Origin: Streptantibioticus rubrisoli
GTDB lineage: Bacteria > Actinomycetota > Actinomycetes > Streptomycetales > Streptomycetaceae
Direction: 5' to 3'
Length of the DNA stretch: 32,000 bases
Assembly: GCF_024436055.1 (NCBI RefSeq)
Contig: NZ_JANFNH010000046.1
Location: 538 to 32,537, forward strand
The notes beneath the pieces are model-generated. The model saw nothing but the letters and a program-made list of their open reading frames with translations. It made no database searches and had not been told where the DNA came from. Each line of letters starts with the position of its first letter. Positions within the stretch are counted from its first letter, which is position 1. This document shows, piece by piece, positions 15,801 to 23,143 of the stretch. Made by a program: the position numbers and the translations under genes.

Positions 15801-18446
15801 CTGTCCGCCTGGCGCAAGCGGCAGGACCAGCACGCCCTGGTCAGTACCCGCCGCTACCGGACGGCCTGGACCCCCCTGCGCGTCCCCACCGACCCGACCC
15901 TGACCGGCACCTGGCTGGCCGTCACCACCGGCGGTGCCGACGACGCGGACGTATTGGACGCCCTGACCGCACACGGCGCCCGACTCCGCCGCGTGGTCCT
16001 CGACAAGACCTGCACCGCCCCCGAGACACTCACGGCACGACTCGGCGACCTCGACGGTACTGCCGGAGTGCTCTCGCTCCTCGCCGCGGCCGAGGAAGCC
16101 GACGCCGACCAGACCGCACTACCCGTCGGCCTGGCCCTGACCGTCTCCCTGACCCAGGCCCTGATGGCCTCCGGTACCCGGACGCCGTTGTGGACGGTGA
16201 CACGCGCCGCGGTCTGCACCGGCCCGGGCGACCCGGTACGCAACCCGCGCCAGGCCATGACCCTCGGACTCGCGCGTACCGCCACCCTGGAAGCACCCTC
16301 GCTGCGCGGCGGACTGGCCGACCTACCTGAGCGGCTCGATGCCGAGACAGCCAGCCGGTTCGCCTCGCTGCTCTCGCAGGGCCCGGGTGAGGACCAGGCG
16401 GCGGTGCGCTCTTCGGGCGTCCTCGTTCGGCGCTTGGTGAAGGCACCCGCACGGGCCGGCTCCCCCGCCACCTGGACACCCCGTGGCACGACTTTGATCA
16501 CCGGCGGTACCGGAGCCCTGGGCGGCAGGACCGCCCGCTGGCTCGCCCGGCAGGGTGCCGAGCACCTGGTACTGCTCAGCCGCCGCGGCCCCGCCGCACC
16601 CGGTGCCGCCGAGTTGATGGCGGAGCTGAACGCCCAGGGGACGACCGCCGAGACGGTGTCCTGCGACCTGACTGACAAGGACGCCGTGGCCGCCGTAATT
16701 GACGAGCTGTCAGCGAACGGTACCCCGGTGCGCTCGGTGTTCCACCTGGCCGGTACCCGCGCCCTCGGCCCGCTCGCCACGGCCAGTCTCGACCATGTCG
16801 CCGACGCGGTGCACGCCAAGGTGGCTGGTGCCACGCACCTCGACGAACTCCTCGGCGACACCGAACTGGACGCCTTCGTCCTGCCCTCGTCGGTGGCCGG
16901 AACCTGGGGCGTGGGCGACCACGCCGCCCAGGCGGCGGCCGGTGCGTACCTGGAGGCGCTGGCGGCACGGCGTCGCGCCCGCGGTGCCTGCGCGACAGCG
17001 ATCTTCTTCGGCCCCTGGGAAGAAGCCCGCGAGCAACTGGGCGAACGCGCCAGCGAGCGGCTCCTTCGCACCGGGGTGTCCTTCCTTGATGGCGGCATGG
17101 CCCTGGCTGGCCTCGCCCAAGCACTCCACGAGGACGAAAGCGCGTTGACGGTCGCCGACATCGACTGGAAGCGCTACCTCCCCGTCGTCACCACAGCAGG
17201 CCCCAACCCTCTCTTCAGCGAACTGCCCGAGGCCCAAGACCTCGCCGAGTCCGATCCCACCACCGCGAACGGCGAGTTCACGACGCGGCTACGGAGCCTC
17301 CCGGCCACCGAGCAGCGGCGACTGCTCCTGGACCTGATACGCAACGAGGCCGCGGCAGCGCTCGGCCACGCATCCGGCGACGCGGTCGCCGAGCACGCGG
17401 CATTCCGCGACCACGGGATGGATTCCCTGGCGGCGGTCGACCTGCGCAACCGGCTCGCTGCGGCGACCGGCACCGCCCTGCCCAGCACCGCCGTCCTTAC
17501 CCACCCCACCCCGGCCGACCTGGCCAGCCACCTCCTCGACCACCTGGCCACCATGCCGACACCCAACCAGGGCACCGTCGGCGCCTCCCCGACGGACCTG
17601 GTCGTCCGCCTCCACCGCGAGGCTGTTCGAACCAGCCGCCTGGAGGACGCCGACGCCCTGCTGTCCAGCCTCGCCGCCCTGAGGCCCAAGAGCACCGAGC
17701 CCCTCCCGCCCATCGTGGACCGGCTCACCGCCAGCACCTCGGGCCCCCGCCTGATCTGCGTGGCCCCGGTCGTGCCCCTGACCGGCCCGGACACCTACTT
17801 CGCACTCGCCCAAGCTCTCCCCGAACACTGGGCTATCTCCTGTCTCACGCCCCCCGGCTTCGGCAGGGACGAGGCCCTGCCCGCCACCCGCGAAGCACTC
17901 GTGGCAGGGCTGGCACGGGCCGTGGACGCCGAAACCAGCAGCGACAGCACCGCCAGCAACGCGGCCGCCGAGCCGGTGGTCCTCCTGGGCACCTCATCCG
18001 GCGGCATCCTTGCCCACGAAACCGCCCGTTACCTCGCTGACCACGGCACCGCTGTGCAGGCCGTCATCCTCCTGGACACCTACGACCTGCAAACCCCCAC
18101 CGCCCGCGCGCTCCTTCCCCATCTGTGGCACGGCCTGTACGAGCGCGAGCAGCTCACCGGCGGCTACACCGCCACCGCCTTGTCCGCCTATGCCTGGACC
18201 GAACGACTCCTCCGCACCTGGACCCCTGAGCCCGCCCCCTTCCCGACCCTGCTCCTACAGGCATCGGAGCTCTTCCCGGTCCCGCCGGGAACGGACACGG
18301 GACCGCACGGCTGGCAGACCACTCTTCCCCACATCACCACCACTCTCACTACGCCAGGCAACCACTTCACCCTCATCAACCAGCACGCTCTCACCGCCGC
18401 AACCCACATCACCGACTGGCTCAGTGAACGGGGGTGCACCGGCTGA
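6855..18446 (+). CDS. Type I modular polyketide synthase, single polypeptide: KSQ-AT-ACP / KS-AT-ACP / KS-AT-KR0-ACP-TE
   Basis: Uninterrupted 3,863-aa ORF containing three KS, three AT, three ACP, one KR and one TE domain. All are recognisable from catalytic motifs (see the domain features). No DH or ER motifs and no docking domains were seen. A terminator-like hairpin follows the stop. Confidence 0.97.
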   Translation: MSRSESVRASDNAIAVVGVACRLPSAEDPQRFWRLLTGGTSAVAHVPPGRWSNEAPASGTTGRGAFLDEVDRFDAEFFGISPREARSMDPQQRLALELGWEVLEDAGVLPAALRGSDTGVFVGVTADDYSALDRRRGPSAVGHHTLTGLNRSVIANRISYFLGFRGPSLVVDTGQSSSLVAVHLACESLRRGESATALAGGVHLNLVRDSAVAADQLGALSPDGRCFTFDERANGYVRGEGAGMVLLKPLARALADGDEIYCVIEGSAVNNDGPAEGLTTPDPRGQQAVLRAACRRAGVDPAEVQYVELHGTGTRVGDPVEAAALGAFYGAGRLADSPLLVGSVKTNVGHLEGAAGITGLMKVVLSLRNGELPASLNFERPNSRIRFDEWRLEVVTATRPWPYRDGRALAGVSSFGMGGTNCHLIVSAAEPAPGMVPADAGANDVSGTVPWPLSGRTPDALRAQAADLARHMEENRHLDPVDVGFSLAATRTAFDQRAVVLAPGRTSGLGALEALADGASVPGVVRGTADVEGKTVFVFPGQGSQWAGMGAQLMVESPAFAERLADCAAALAPHVDWSLLEVLQQADGAPSLERVDVVQPVSWAVMVSLAALWQAHGVLPDAVVGHSQGEIAAACVSGSLSLQDAARVVALRSRIIARRLAGEGGMLSVPLPQAEVEARLSRWDGRISVAAVNGPASVVVSGGPEPLDALFEELAGAGVRVRRIAVDYASHSAQVEQVREELTTALEGIVPNRAQVPFFSTVTGGWLDTTAMDAGYWYRNLRQTVGFAPAVRALLGQGYRFFVEVSSHPVLTGGIQEITDGVGARAVAVGTLRRDLGGRDRFLTCLAELYVGGAPVDWSRTFAGTGARRVALPTYAFQRERYWLPEPTSGAAPQEAGEVAPVSGSGQAVVVDGHAAGMEQVRVGSDAAWTRAGLARLVRTETAVVLGHSSADQMNPARSFRELGFDSAMTVELVTRLRAATGLRMANTVLFDHPTPDRIADHLAAGFTRPATGGVPPEPGAVEADDPVVIVGMACRFPGGVASPEELWDLISGETDAISAMPTDRGWASEMLATGRPGGFLYDADRFDAALFGISPREAQAMDPQQRLALEVSWEAVERAEIAPSSLHGSRTGVFVGAMAQDYGPRLKDTAGDAEGYLLTGTSPSVLSGRIAYTLGLRGPALTVDTACSSSLVALHLAAQALRAGECSLALAGGVTVMSEPGIFMEFARQGGLSPDGRCKAYAEAADGTGWSEGVGILVLQRLSDAIRDGHHVLAVLRGSAVNSDGASNGLTAPSGVSQRQVIRQALGAAGLVPSDVDAVEGHGTGTRLGDPIEAQALLATYGHDRDRPLLLGSLKSNIGHTQAASGVAGVIKMVLAMRHGVLPRTLHVDAPSSQVDWSAGAVELLTETVPWPRAERPRRAGVSSFGISGTNAHVIIEQPPQNRPARPAVPAPAALPAQAGPAVVPWPVSARTEAALEAGLDRLTAFVAETGAAAPDVGYSLATTRSELEHRAVLLATTGTDGTVRGDGQAARVAGGTAVGDPGPVALLFAGQGAQRLGMGRDLYARFPVFAAAWDEVCTLLDEQLERPLREVVFGDDAGPLNRTEYAQPALFALEVALFRLVESWGAVPDVLVGHSVGEISAAHVAGVLSLQDACTLVAARGRLMQALPEGGAMVALRATEAEVAPLLAASGGRVGLAAVNGPQAVVVSGETAAVEAIADRFAADGRKATRLRVSHAFHSPLMTPMLDGFRTVVERLALGEPRIPIVSTVTGEEIDAERICTPGHWVEHVGLTVRFADAIAAAAATGARTFLELGPDATLSALVQDVLIGAEDVEAVPLLGRDRGEEATAVTAAARLYVRGVPVRWAELFAGTGARRIALPTYAFQRDRYWIASTDTGPAAGVVCAGLDSAAPARRTAATEASDPLAGLTGDQARAHLLQLLREEAAAVLGLAGPAAVAAGRSFKDLGFDSLTANQLRNALRERTGLRLPSTLVYDHPTPEALAAHLMTRLDGGTGERHQGAAPALATTRGPAAGTPDAEPIAIIGMSCRFPGRVRSPEDLWELLVTGTDAVSPLPADRGWDPDVYHPDPERAGKTSAGAGGFLDGAAGFDAGFFGISPREAAAMDPQQRILLELAWEAFERAGLDPASLRGSTTGTFVSALPQTYGAGASADADGYQLTGTIPSVLSGRLAYFFDLAGPSVTVDTACSSSLVALHTACQSLRSGESSFALTGGATVLASPDVMVSLSRHRVMAPDGRCKPFAETADGMGIAEGAGLLVLERLSDALRHGHQVLAVIRGSAVNSDGASNGLTAPSGPAQQRVIRQALANSGLAASEVDAVEAHGTGTALGDPIEAHALSATYGQDRGGNPPLLVGSIKSNIGHTQTAAGVAGVIKMVMALQHGQLPKTLHVTEPSSRIDWNAGALRLLNETTPWPLLGRPRRCAVSAFGMSGTNAHAILEQAPTLADQPVSGTNALAGLVPAPADQPLPGPASGDPVAWPLSGKSTAALRAQARKLLTHLENHPELRLIDVGYSLATTRTAFEHRAVLVGDDRAALHESLTALAQGTPHPGVLRGTAPERGPVVFVFPGQDAAWPGMAAKLLDASPVFAARAEECQAALAPYVDWSLADVMRGERGAPPFEGRPDVQQPVLWAVMVSLAAVWRSLGVEPAAVVGHSQGEVAAACVSGGLSLEDGARVVALRSRLIRERLSGSGAMMSVMAPPEQVQAVLDEVGGAVSIAAVNGPRIVTISGDPAALNEVERGLSAAGLMRWRLPGVDFAAHSAHIDQIEPELLELLADVTPRASQVPFYSTVTGGRLDTKELDARYWCRNLRETVSFAETMTGLVREGHGVMIEVSPHPVLAVGTIEIIENAGSLAVTLGTLRRDDGGWDRVVRSLGEAHAHGVPVDWPTVLAGGRAVDLPTYAFQHESYWTAPPTPAPHTSGSAAGPLWEVVDQQDAAALATLIGLDAEHKDALDAVLPALSAWRKRQDQHALVSTRRYRTAWTPLRVPTDPTLTGTWLAVTTGGADDADVLDALTAHGARLRRVVLDKTCTAPETLTARLGDLDGTAGVLSLLAAAEEADADQTALPVGLALTVSLTQALMASGTRTPLWTVTRAAVCTGPGDPVRNPRQAMTLGLARTATLEAPSLRGGLADLPERLDAETASRFASLLSQGPGEDQAAVRSSGVLVRRLVKAPARAGSPATWTPRGTTLITGGTGALGGRTARWLARQGAEHLVLLSRRGPAAPGAAELMAELNAQGTTAETVSCDLTDKDAVAAVIDELSANGTPVRSVFHLAGTRALGPLATASLDHVADAVHAKVAGATHLDELLGDTELDAFVLPSSVAGTWGVGDHAAQAAAGAYLEALAARRRARGACATAIFFGPWEEAREQLGERASERLLRTGVSFLDGGMALAGLAQALHEDESALTVADIDWKRYLPVVTTAGPNPLFSELPEAQDLAESDPTTANGEFTTRLRSLPATEQRRLLLDLIRNEAAAALGHASGDAVAEHAAFRDHGMDSLAAVDLRNRLAAATGTALPSTAVLTHPTPADLASHLLDHLATMPTPNQGTVGASPTDLVVRLHREAVRTSRLEDADALLSSLAALRPKSTEPLPPIVDRLTASTSGPRLICVAPVVPLTGPDTYFALAQALPEHWAISCLTPPGFGRDEALPATREALVAGLARAVDAETSSDSTASNAAAEPVVLLGTSSGGILAHETARYLADHGTAVQAVILLDTYDLQTPTARALLPHLWHGLYEREQLTGGYTATALSAYAWTERLLRTWTPEPAPFPTLLLQASELFPVPPGTDTGPHGWQTTLPHITTTLTTPGNHFTLINQHALTAATHITDWLSERGCTG
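6891..8143 (+). other. PKS domain: KSQ (loading-type ketosynthase, active-site Cys replaced by Gln)
   Basis: The active-site motif reads [16 protein letters not shown], with Gln175 (CAG, 7377-7379) where DTACSSS is expected. HGTGT and [10 protein letters not shown] are retained. Confidence 0.9.
8451..9503 (+). other. PKS domain: AT1, methylmalonyl-type signature
   Basis: Motifs are [25 protein letters not shown] (Ser627 at 8733-8735) and YASH (9036-9047). The domain ends at [11 protein letters not shown]. Confidence 0.85.
9639..9866 (+). other. PKS domain: ACP1
   Basis: [11 protein letters not shown], with the phosphopantetheine Ser967 at 9753-9755. Confidence 0.9.
9930..11172 (+). other. 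PKS domain: KS2 (canonical)
   Basis: [13 protein letters not shown]; [14 protein letters not shown] with Cys1188 at 10416-10418; [12 protein letters not shown]; [10 protein letters not shown]. Confidence 0.93.
11487..12530 (+). other. PKS domain: AT2, malonyl-type signature
   Basis: Motifs are [32 protein letters not shown] (Ser1637 at 11763-11765) and HAFH (12063-12074). Confidence 0.85.
12651..12882 (+). other. PKS domain: ACP2 (follows AT2 directly; no reductive domains in this module)
   Basis: [11 protein letters not shown], with Ser1972 at 12768-12770. Only about 40 residues of linker separate the post-[13 protein letters not shown] from the ACP. Confidence 0.9.
12975..14244 (+). other. 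PKS domain: KS3 (canonical)
   Basis: [12 protein letters not shown]; [14 protein letters not shown] with Cys2209 at 13479-13481; [12 protein letters not shown]; [10 protein letters not shown]. Confidence 0.93.
14599..15650 (+). other. PKS domain: AT3, non-canonical signature (candidate methoxymalonyl-ACP-specific AT)
   Basis: [12 protein letters not shown] replaces the usual GQGSQW. Also present are RPDVQQP, GHSQGE (Ser2677 at 14883-14885) and FAAH (15189-15200) in place of YASH/HAFH. Confidence 0.6.
15700..17220 (+). other. PKS domain: KR (structural plus catalytic subdomains) with catalytic Tyr and Asn substituted; predicted inactive (KR0)
   Basis: Structural-subdomain motifs are present (WRKRQ...[47 protein letters not shown]). 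The Rossmann motif [16 protein letters not shown] (about 16501) and Lys3322 (16818-16820) are also present. However, [26 protein letters not shown] aligns without gaps to the consensus SSxAGxWGxxGQxxYAAANAYLDALA. That alignment puts Gln3359 (16929-16931) at the catalytic Tyr and Gly3363 (16941-16943) at the Asn. Confidence 0.8.
17310..17545 (+). other. PKS domain: ACP3
   Basis: [15 protein letters not shown], with Ser3524 at 17424-17426. Confidence 0.9.
17593..18443 (+). other. PKS domain: C-terminal thioesterase (type I TE)
   Basis: GxSxG reads LLGTSSGG (Ser3714 at 17994-17996). An Asp region (ILLDTYD) and the C-terminal PGNHFTL (His3837 at 18363-18365) are present. Confidence 0.85.
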
Positions 18447-18452
18447 ACGACT

Positions 18453-18472
18453 CTGCCGCCTCTCGGCGGCAG
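18453..18472 (+). terminator. Stem-loop immediately downstream of the PKS stop codon
   Basis: CTGCCGCC (18453-18460), loop tctc, GGCGGCAG (18465-18472). This is a perfect 8-bp GC-rich stem starting 7 nt after TGA 18444-18446. Confidence 0.5.
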
Positions 18473-18495
18473 ACCCCCTCAGAAGAGTCCGGCGA

Positions 18496-19720
18496 CCTTG
18501 TAGGTGCCGGAAAGTACATCCACGCTGGTCAGGCGGCATGTCGGTACGCGTGGAGAGTTCCGCCGAGTCGGTCGTGGCGGCGTATGTTCAGTTGGGTGAT
18601 CTGGTCCGGATCTGTGGTCGGTGTGGGCCGTGCTCTCAAGGGTGTGCCCTGGTCGAGGGTGCGGTGTGGGCGGTGGGTGTTGTAGTGGTGCTCGAACTCG
18701 CCTAGTGCGTTGATGAGATGGCGTTGGTTCCAGATCAGCGTCCGGTCGAGGAGCTCACGTCGGCAGGTTGCTATCCAGCGTTCCATGACCGCGTTCATCC
18801 GCGGCATCCTGACGCCGGTGAGCACGGTCTCGATCCCAGCGTCGGCGAGGATCGCGTCGAAGATGTGCGGGTACTTCCCGTCTCGATCTCGGATCAGGAA
18901 CCGGGCCCGGTATCCGGCGTCCTCCAGGTCCATGACCAGGTTCCGCGCGGACTGGGTGACCCAGGCGGCGTTCGGGTGGGCGGTTGCGCCAAGGATTCGA
19001 ACCCGGCGGCTGGCCTGCTCAATCACCGCCAACACGTCAGCCTGGTACTGGTGAGTGTGACAGCTTCGAAGAAGTCGCACGCCAGCAGGGCGTCGGCCTG
19101 TGAGCGGATGAAGGTTCCCCATGTCGTGGTGGGGCGCTGCGGCGAAGGGGCGATTCCCGCGGCGCGCAGGATCTCCCAGACGGTCGAGGCCGCGACCTTG
19201 CTCCCGGGCACCGCGAGCTCGCCATGGATCCGGCGATAACCCCAGGTCGGATTCTCGCGCGCTAGCCGGAGCGCGAGCAGCCGGATAGACCGGACCGTTC
19301 TTGGTCGACCCATGTGCTTCGGTCGTGACCGCATGGCGTGCTGGCGGCGGAGGATGTCGCGGTGCCAGCGCAGCACAGTGTCCGGTCTCACGAGCAGCCG
19401 CAGTCGGCGCAGGGTTTGCTGGGGGAGGGGGTAGAGGAGTGCGGCCAAACAAGGCCCGGCCTGCGGGCGTGAAGCGGGGACGGGCTCCGCGGAGCTGGCG
19501 CTCCAGCACGGCGAGTTGGTGCCGCAACGCCAGGATCTCCACGTCCTTCTCCCGGTCGCTCCTGGGCAGCAGCCGTAGCACAGCGAAGGCGTTAGCCATT
19601 GTCAGGTAGGCCAGGCGAGCAGCATGATCGATCATCATGCCCGGCAATGCCGACAGCCGGTGGCGAACAGCACGATACGTTCTCTGACCTGCATGGATGG
19701 ACTTCTCGGCACCCACAGGG
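18496..19720 (-). mobile_element. IS481-like (rve/DDE, single-ORF) insertion sequence, both ends present, transposase frameshifted
   Basis: The terminal inverted repeats are ccttgtaGGTGCCGGAAAGTACATCCACGCTGGTCAG (18496-18532) and the reverse complement of 19684-19720, ccctgtgGGTGCCGAGAAGTCCATCCATGCAGGTCAG. A possible 3-bp direct repeat CGA flanks the element (18493-18495 and 19721-19723). The transposase stop codon lies inside the left repeat, as in the intact copy at 21227-22425. Confidence 0.8.
18529..19638 (-). pseudogene. IS481-like transposase (HTH + integrase-core rve) with two frameshifts
   Basis: The N-terminal segment (MMIDHAARLAYLTMANAFAVLRLLPRSDREKDVEILALRHQLAVLERQL) and the C-terminal segment (VLAVIEQASRRVRILGATAHP...LIRDRDGKYP...HRPHRTL...LGGTLHAYRHAA) are in one frame. 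The middle segment (LLYPLPQQTLRRLRLLVRPDTVLRWHRD...NPTWGYRRIHGEL...ACDFFEAVTLT) is in another frame (ORF 19023-19448). Confidence 0.85.
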
Positions 19721-19991
19721 CGAAGACCAGGTAGAGCAGACGTAGCGACACAGTCCGAGATCCTTCCGGAGCGCGGTGCTCTACCCATCGCTGCTGCCCA
19801 ACCGGCCAGGCCGAGTTCTGGAACCCGACAGGCCGTTCTGGTCGCTCTAACCCCAACAATTCGTCAGGTACTGGCCTTCACAACCGTCTTCCCGCTTACC
19901 GTCGCTTGGGCCTCCATCGCAGTCCTGCTGTCTTTGACGCCCGCCCTCACTCGCCGGCCTGGCGTCGGATAACCTACGCCACGTCATCTGC

Positions 19992-20063
19992 TTGCTCCAT
20001 GGCGTGCCCGTGCCCAACGGCCGCGCCGAGTGGTACCGCAACCGCTGGCTCAAGGCACCCGCA
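19992..20063 (+). pseudogene. Short relic of a carotenoid-cleavage-oxygenase-family gene
   Basis: The translation LHGVPVPNGRAEWYRNRWLKAPA resembles the conserved N-terminal HG(V/L)xxxDGRAEWYRNRWVRT block of actinobacterial carotenoid oxygenases, recalled from memory. No further homology is visible on either side. Confidence 0.3.
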
Positions 20064-20111
20064 CGCTCAGGTAGTTGCTCGTCGGAGCGCCGAAAAGCGT
20101 CCGGGGCTGAG

Positions 20112-20480
20112 CTATGCAGAGGGATTGGCGTCGACGTACCGAGCGCTGCCGAAGCCCAGGATCGGGATCCCGATCCACGGAAGCAGCCACAGACCGACAC
20201 CGAACATGGTGCCCTTGTCGAACGACCTCGCGACGTCGATCGATACGACGAGGTGCACGATGACGTTGACTCCCGGGATGAGGTACAAGACCAGCCACCA
20301 ACCCGGCCGTCCCGCCACCTTGAGCCACAGGTACACGTTGTAGATCGGTATGATCACACCCCAGCCGGGTCGGCTGGCCTTCACCAGCACCCTCCACGTC
20401 GCCGCGATCTCCAAAACCGCCACGACAAGAGCGACGACCAGCACACCTACGTGGACAGGGGCGAAGCCTGACTCAGTCAT
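20112..20480 (-). CDS. Small integral membrane protein, DUF5684-like
   Basis: ATG 20480 follows GGGAAG about 10 nt upstream. The 122-aa protein has three or four hydrophobic helices. It carries the signature GWGVIIPIYNVYLWLKVAGRPGWWLVLYLIPGVNVIVHLVVSIDVARSF...ILGFGSARY. The long listed ORF (20112-21692) is real only in this 3' portion. Confidence 0.75.
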   Translation of the reverse strand: MTESGFAPVHVGVLVVALVVAVLEIAATWRVLVKASRPGWGVIIPIYNVYLWLKVAGRPGWWLVLYLIPGVNVIVHLVVSIDVARSFDKGTMFGVGLWLLPWIGIPILGFGSARYVDANPSA

Positions 20481-20557
20481 CTGAGCAGCTTCCCACGTGA
20501 GCTCTCGAAGGGCTGAACATGGGCTCTTTCGTGATCGTGCTGAAACCCTGAAGGGTG

Positions 20558-21226
20558 TCAAAACTCCGATCCGGCCGCTGATCTGGGCGTTTCCCGTGAC
20601 GGCCGAGGAAGCGTGATTGACGCGGCGTGGTACTCGTTGAGCAGTCCGCCGAGTACTTGACGGCGCTGAACTGCTGCTGCGGGCAAGGCGATGACGTTGG
20701 GTTCGTCGTTGGGGGCTCGCAGCTGCAGGCTGCGGTGGGCGCGGCTGGTGTTGTAGTGGTCGGTGTACTTGGCGAGGACGGTGCGTAGGTGCCGCTCGCC
20801 GGTGATGAGTAGGCGGTTGGTGCATTCGGCGCGCAGGGTGCGTATCCACCGCTCCGCGAAGGCGTTCGACCGCGGGCTCTGCGGTGGGGTCTGGATGACC
20901 TCGATGTCGTTGCCGGCGAAGACGGCGTCGAAGGCGGCCGTGAACTTGGCATCGCGATCGCGGATGAGGAACCGGAAACCTTCGGCTCTGTCTCCCAGGT
21001 CCATCAGCAGATTCCGGGCGAGCTGCGCTGCCCACTCGCCGGTCGGATGTGCGGTGACGCCGAGAACGTGGACGCGCCGGGTCTTGATCTCCATGACGAA
21101 GAAGACGTAAAGGCGCCTGAGGAAGACGGTGTCCACGTGCAGGAAGTCGCAGGCGAGCAGCGTGTGAGCCTGCGAGCGGAGGAAGGTGCGCCAAGGCTGT
21201 TGCGTGGCACGTTGTGGTGCGGGAGG
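20558..21226 (-). pseudogene. 5'-truncated rve-domain transposase fragment (second subgroup), cut off exactly at the end of the neighbouring IS
   Basis: The translation [59 protein letters not shown]...[10 protein letters not shown]...NAFAERW...HRSL corresponds to residues from about 160 onward of a full-length protein. Homology runs right up to 21226, where the IS at 21227 begins. The HTH-encoding part is absent. Confidence 0.8.
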
Positions 21227-22425
21227 CAGTGCGCCTGCCGAAAATCTCATCCGCGCAGTTCAGGCGGCATGGTGGTACTCGTGGAGGACTCCGCCGAGGC
21301 GGTCTCTTCGGCGTATGTCTAGGCGGGTGATCTGGCCGGGATCGAGCGGTTCGGGGATGGCTCGCAGGGGTGCCGCCTGGTTCATCGCTTGATGGGGCCG
21401 GTGGGCGTTGTGGTGCAGCTCGAACTGGCGGAGGGCGTGCCGGAGGTGGCGCTCGTTCCAGATCAAGGTGCGGTCTAGGAGCTCGTGGCGACAGGTCTGC
21501 ACCCAGCGCTCCATGATGGCGTTCATGCGGGGCCTCCGGACGCCGGTGAGCACGGTCTGGATGCCGGCGTCTGCCAGGATCTGGTCGAAGAGAGCGGGGA
21601 ACTTCGCGTCGCGGTCCCGGATCAGGTATGTGACGGTGGCTGCGGCGTCCTCCAGGTCCATGACGAGGTTTCGTGCGGCCTGGCTTACCCACTGCGCGGT
21701 GGGGTGCGTGGTGGTGCCGAGGATCCGGATGCGGCGGGTGGCGTGCTCGATGACCGCGAGGATGTACTGGCGCTGGCCGGTCAAGGTGACGGTTTCGATG
21801 AAGTCGCAGGCCAGGAGGGCGTCGGCCTGGGAGCGCAGGAAGCCGGCCCAGGTCGTGGTGGCCCGGTCAGGCGCCGGGTCGATGCCCTCGGCTTGGAGGA
21901 TCTCCCAGACGGTGGAGGCGGCGACTTTGATGCCGAGGGTGGCGAGTTCGCCGTGCACCCTGCGGTAGCCCCACGATGGGTTCTCATGGACCAGGCGCAG
22001 GATCAGGATGCGGATCGAACGGACGGTGGGCGGGCGTCCTGGTCTCTTGGGTCGGCAGGTGCGGGCGTGGCGTTGTTTGATCAGGTCGCGGTGCCATCGC
22101 AGCACGGTCTCGGGCTGAATCAGCAGCCGGAGCTGGCGCAGGACCTGGCGCGGCAGCGGCGCCAGCAGAGCGGCGAGGAAGGTCCGGTCTTCCGGCGAGA
22201 ACTTCATCCGGTCCGCGCCGAGTTGCCGCTCAAGGACCATGATCTGGTGGCGCAGGGCGAGAATCTCCGCGTCCTTGTCGCGGTCGCTCATCGGTAGCAG
22301 ACGCAGCGCGGCGAACGCGTTGGTGACAGCCAGGTAGGCGAGGCGAAGTAACACGAGTGCTCATCCTGCCGCAGCACCGAACAAGCGCCTGAGCTGCGTG
22401 GATGACATTCTCGGCAGGCGCACTG
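21227..22425 (-). mobile_element. Intact IS481-like insertion sequence (about 1.2 kb)
   Basis: The terminal repeats are CAGTGCGCCTGCCGAAAATCTCATCCGCGCAGTTCAG (21227-21263) and the reverse complement of 22389-22425, CAGTGCGCCTGCCGAGAATGTCATCCACGCAGCTCAG. The outer 14 nt are identical. It contains a single uninterrupted transposase ORF. No target-site duplication is visible (AGG on the left, TCC on the right). Confidence 0.85.
21260..22354 (-). CDS. IS481-like transposase (HTH + integrase-core rve domain), apparently intact
   Basis: 364 aa from a GTG start. The sequence runs MLLRLAYLAVTNAFAALRLLPMSDRDKDAEILALRHQ...WGYRRVHGEL...ACDFIETVTLTGQRQYILAVIEHATRRIRILGTTTHP...[10 protein letters not shown]...NAIMERW...HRPHQAM...LGGVLHEYHHAA. 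Confidence 0.9.
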   Translation of the reverse strand: MLLRLAYLAVTNAFAALRLLPMSDRDKDAEILALRHQIMVLERQLGADRMKFSPEDRTFLAALLAPLPRQVLRQLRLLIQPETVLRWHRDLIKQRHARTCRPKRPGRPPTVRSIRILILRLVHENPSWGYRRVHGELATLGIKVAASTVWEILQAEGIDPAPDRATTTWAGFLRSQADALLACDFIETVTLTGQRQYILAVIEHATRRIRILGTTTHPTAQWVSQAARNLVMDLEDAAATVTYLIRDRDAKFPALFDQILADAGIQTVLTGVRRPRMNAIMERWVQTCRHELLDRTLIWNERHLRHALRQFELHHNAHRPHQAMNQAAPLRAIPEPLDPGQITRLDIRRRDRLGGVLHEYHHAA

Positions 22426-23050
22426 TCCTTTGCGCCGGCGGCTGGCCCGCTGGTCGTCGGGCTGCGCGATGGTTGCCTTGATCCCCCGTCAGCAGATGGA
22501 TCTTGCTGGTCAGTCCGCCCCGCGAGCGCCCCAGCGCCTCCCTGCCATCCTCCTCCACGCGTGCACCGCCCCCTTTTGCGGGAAGTCGCGCGGCGGCCGG
22601 TGACGGGCCCCGGCCGCATGCTGATGTGCCCGGCAGGAGGTGGAGTCGATGTTCACCGCCCATTCGCGCCTGCTCTGCGCGCTCTCCTCCTCTGCCGCCT
22701 TGGCCAGTGCCCCGTCGGGATCGGTGGCATCCGCCTCGATCTGTAACTCGCCCAGGATCTGCCGCCAGGTGCCGTCCGCTGACCAGCGGCGGTGTCGCTC
22801 GTAGACGGTTTGCCAAGGGCCGTACCGCTCGGGCAGGTCCGGCCAGGGCACACCGGTACGGGCCGGTACAACACACCGTTGATTACTGTGCGGTGATCGG
22901 CCCACTGCCCACCAGGCTTGCCGTTGGCGGGCAGTAACGGCTCGATCTTCTGCCACTGCGCGTCCGAGAGCTCATGTCGCCGCACCATGAGACGCACCTG
23001 CCCAGGCCAGGCACTGATCCACCCACCCAGCAAGAGCCATCAGAAACGGC
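22426..23050 (-). pseudogene. IS5-family (IS427-group-like) transposase remnant, frameshifted and 3'-truncated by the adjacent IS
   Basis: From ATG 22988 it reads MVRRHELSDAQWQKIEPLLPANGKPGGQWADHRTVINGVLYR. After a 1-nt frameshift near 22860 it reads RTGVPWPDLPERYGPWQTVYERHRRWSADGTWRQIL...NIDSTSCRAHQHAAGAR. A third frame then gives EALGRSRGGLTSKIHLL. The DDE catalytic part is missing and the sequence stops at the IS end at 22425. CTAG at 23051-23054 is a plausible outer boundary. Confidence 0.75.
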
Positions 23051-23143
23051 CTAGCTCCTCCACGGCCAAGTGCTCGGTGATGGTCTCGCTCATCAGGCGT
23101 CTCCTTGATCATCGGATCCGCCGTTGATTAGCGCCTCTGTGTG

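Noticed and set aside
15651-16440. Possible DH domain between AT3 and the KR Rossmann fold
   Set aside because: No HxxxGxxxxP or other DH motifs are present. The segment matches the KR structural subdomain ([39 protein letters not shown]).
8775-17161. Series of long minus-strand ORFs inside the PKS gene (8775-10238, 11496-12668, 12828-14225, 14460-15974, 15854-17161)
   Set aside because: All are antisense to an uninterrupted PKS reading frame whose catalytic motifs are intact. The translations are Arg/Pro/Gly-rich and domain-free.
18492-19723. 4-bp target-site duplication GCGA flanking the IS at 18496-19720
   Set aside because: It requires misaligning the terminal repeats by one base. With the repeats aligned consistently with the other copies, only a 3-bp CGA match remains, and that is weak evidence.
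20112-21692. 526-aa minus-strand ORF
   Set aside because: It is a chimeric read-through across IS sequences in wrong frames. Only the last 122 codons (20112-20480) form a coherent membrane protein with its own start and ribosome-binding site.
23040-23093. 17-codon minus-strand ORF (MSETITEHLAVEELGRF) with a strong AAGGAGA Shine-Dalgarno between the IS110 gene and the IS5 remnant
   Set aside because: It is too short to evaluate. It is most simply the stranded 5' end of a gene truncated by the IS5 insertion near CTAG 23051-23054, or part of the IS110 non-coding end. Nothing supports function.
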